Assembly (NCBI GenBank): GCA_026770705.1
Contig: JANJGN010000035.1
Coordinates: forward strand, 8,432,001 to 8,496,000
Direction of reading: 5' to 3'
From: Isurus oxyrinchus
Lineage: Eukaryota
DNA: 64,000 bases
Shown one piece after another: positions 62,501-64,000 of the stretch. The translations under genes were made by a program, and so were the position numbers. The notes under the pieces are model-generated. The model saw nothing but the letters and a program-made list of their open reading frames with translations, had not been told where the DNA came from and did no database searches. The first letter of the stretch is position 1, and the number at the start of each line of letters is the position of its first letter.

Positions 62501-64000
62501 TAACTTAGGGTTAGCACTAATTCATAGGAAATAAAGCTGGCAAAAAGAAGTGGTAAGTCATAATCAAAGGCAGGTGAAGGAAATACTGGCAGCAGCCAAG
62601 CTTGGAATATTGCTGAAGAAGAGGCACATGGAAGTTGTCCAACTTACATTTATGAAGACACTTTGCAAGAATACCAGTATGAGGGGCACGGGGCGGGTGG
62701 GGGGCACGCCGGGTGTACATAGGAAACACTACCCCTCTACATTACGGAACATTAAAGAAATACAACCTGCAAAGTGAGTTCTGATCGGTTGGGATTTGGA
62801 CTGTGGTTAGTAGAGATGTTGCAGAGGATATTCCAGCAGTGATGGAGATAGGCAGTTAACTGCCAAGCATTATTTTAGGTTTAAACCAGATAAATAAACA
62901 ATGATTGGTAAAAGCATTGCCCTGAATGACAAATCATGGCCAAGCAGCCTGGTATAAATTTCAAACAATGCCTGGCAGTTATCTGTCTGTCAACAACAAC
63001 TTGTGCTGTTTGTAATAAGCACGATCTTCACATGGAGTATAAATTCTTGACCCCAACAGCTCCCAAATTCTAATATCACGAAGCTCTTGATGAGTGCAAA
63101 AGAAAATCTTCACTACGTTTCTTCATTTTCAGCAAAAATCAATGTCTTTATTACAAACAGACCATAAGCTTAGAATGCGACACAATGCAAAAATGCAAAT
63201 TTAAACCCACTGTACCTGAATGCACGCAGCATTCACAATAAGGTGGATGGTTCAAAGGCACAAATAGGGGTGAATAAAAACGATTTATTTGCCATTAGAT
63301 AAATGAGGCCAAAACGTGCAAATGACTTTTTTAGGTCTTTCCAGCTGAAGGAGGACAGACAAACAGTCGGTGGTGTCGGGTTCGTTCAGGGCGGGGTAAG
63401 CAGTGTAGCTCTGATGACAATTTATGTGATCAGTACATTAGTTAGGGAGGAGCTCTGAACGGGAAAGCAAAAGTTGAATGTTAGGGTGGAGCAAAAGATC
63501 ACCAAGTAGCCAGGGTAGAATGTGGTATGGCAATAATTGTGAGCTGAGTTAAACATTTAGCATGGATAAATAGCTAACATCTAGATTTCATTCTGCATAT
63601 AGATTGTGTAAACCTGAAAAGCAGCAATGGTGTTAGAGATCGTTTTTTAGGGCATATATTTCTAGAGCAGTATAAGGGCTGGCCGACGGGACAAGATGCC
63701 ACTTTAGATTCTGCATTATGTTGAAAAATATGGTTTATTAAAATATGTGCAGCCAACTAACATTTTAGGGATGAGTGACAGTAATAAGCTTGAATATTAC
63801 TTTGTGTTTGAAAACCTGATTGTTCAATATGAAGCCATGGTGCTACACTTGAACAGCGAAAATTATGAAGGAATGAGAGGAAACCCGGTAAAGTTGGTTT
63901 GGAAAATATATTAAAAGCTTTAATGATAAACAATCACTGGGTAGTTGCAAAAATATTATGGTGTAGTTTACAGAAACTGCAGTATTTTTGATGGCATATG

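Larger units (their letters stand above)
47830..63955 (+). pseudogene. ROCK1/ROCK2-like kinase pseudogene (kinase, coiled coil, PH/C1); may continue past the window
   Basis: In order: KSP/PINIIS (RSPINVES); EKDISLFMQR (NKNIDNFLNR); LKVLGKFDAVPL (VKVIGRGAFGEVQL); MSSGNLYN, MPEKKPKLVT (MPGGDLVN, VPEKWAKFYT); LASSG..PKSMSAKLLNGEGHD (LADFG..PDYISPEVLKSQGGD); SNVCNV..NQLFPFL (SNFDDI..NQLPFI); 51.6k KQVAEDIGLLGSV (KELEEEITLRKSV); 57.0k QLES; 60.2k AKKNFADL (AEEQYSDL); 63.0k WYK..YLSVNN; 63.95k SCK. Catalytic motifs are destroyed and there are many stops. Confidence 0.75.

Noticed and set aside
1-64000. Prokaryotic or viral systems (operons, CRISPR, endogenous virus)
   Set aside because: No dense ORFs, repeat-spacer arrays or viral hallmark motifs were seen; the content is vertebrate TEs and spliced pseudogenes.

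Overview
Eukaryotic, AT-rich, CpG-depleted vertebrate DNA. The repeat families (CR1 LINEs with an esterase-type ORF1, L2/Crack-like LINEs, tRNA-headed Deu-type SINEs, Neptune- and Poseidon-type Penelope elements, a Harbinger Myb/SANT fragment) and a shark-type NLR relic point to a cartilaginous fish. I found no intact host gene. Manual translation between the repeats instead shows a compact 'graveyard' of heavily decayed, intron-containing pseudogenes, each with remnants in colinear N-to-C order: GREB1/GREB1L-like (-, ~0.3-18.7 kb), ESCO1/2-like (+, ~26.8-28.3 kb), possibly C2orf50-like (-, ~33 kb), a CARD-NACHT-LRR NLR (-, ~35.4-41.3 kb), E2F6-like (+, ~40.8-45.4 kb), SLC66A3/PQLC3-like (+, ~46.0-47.4 kb) and ROCK1/2-like (+, ~47.8 kb to the window end). 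These families are the neighbours of human 2p25 (C2orf50-SLC66A3-ROCK2-E2F6-GREB1) and 18q11 (ROCK1-GREB1L-ESCO1). The block therefore looks like an ancient, wholesale-dead copy of this paralogon (fossil ohnologue, degenerate sex-linked copy or old segmental duplicate). All homology calls are by-eye comparisons with protein sequences recalled from memory at low identity and need tblastn/HMM confirmation. Exon coordinates marked ~ are approximate. There is one 157-N assembly gap.
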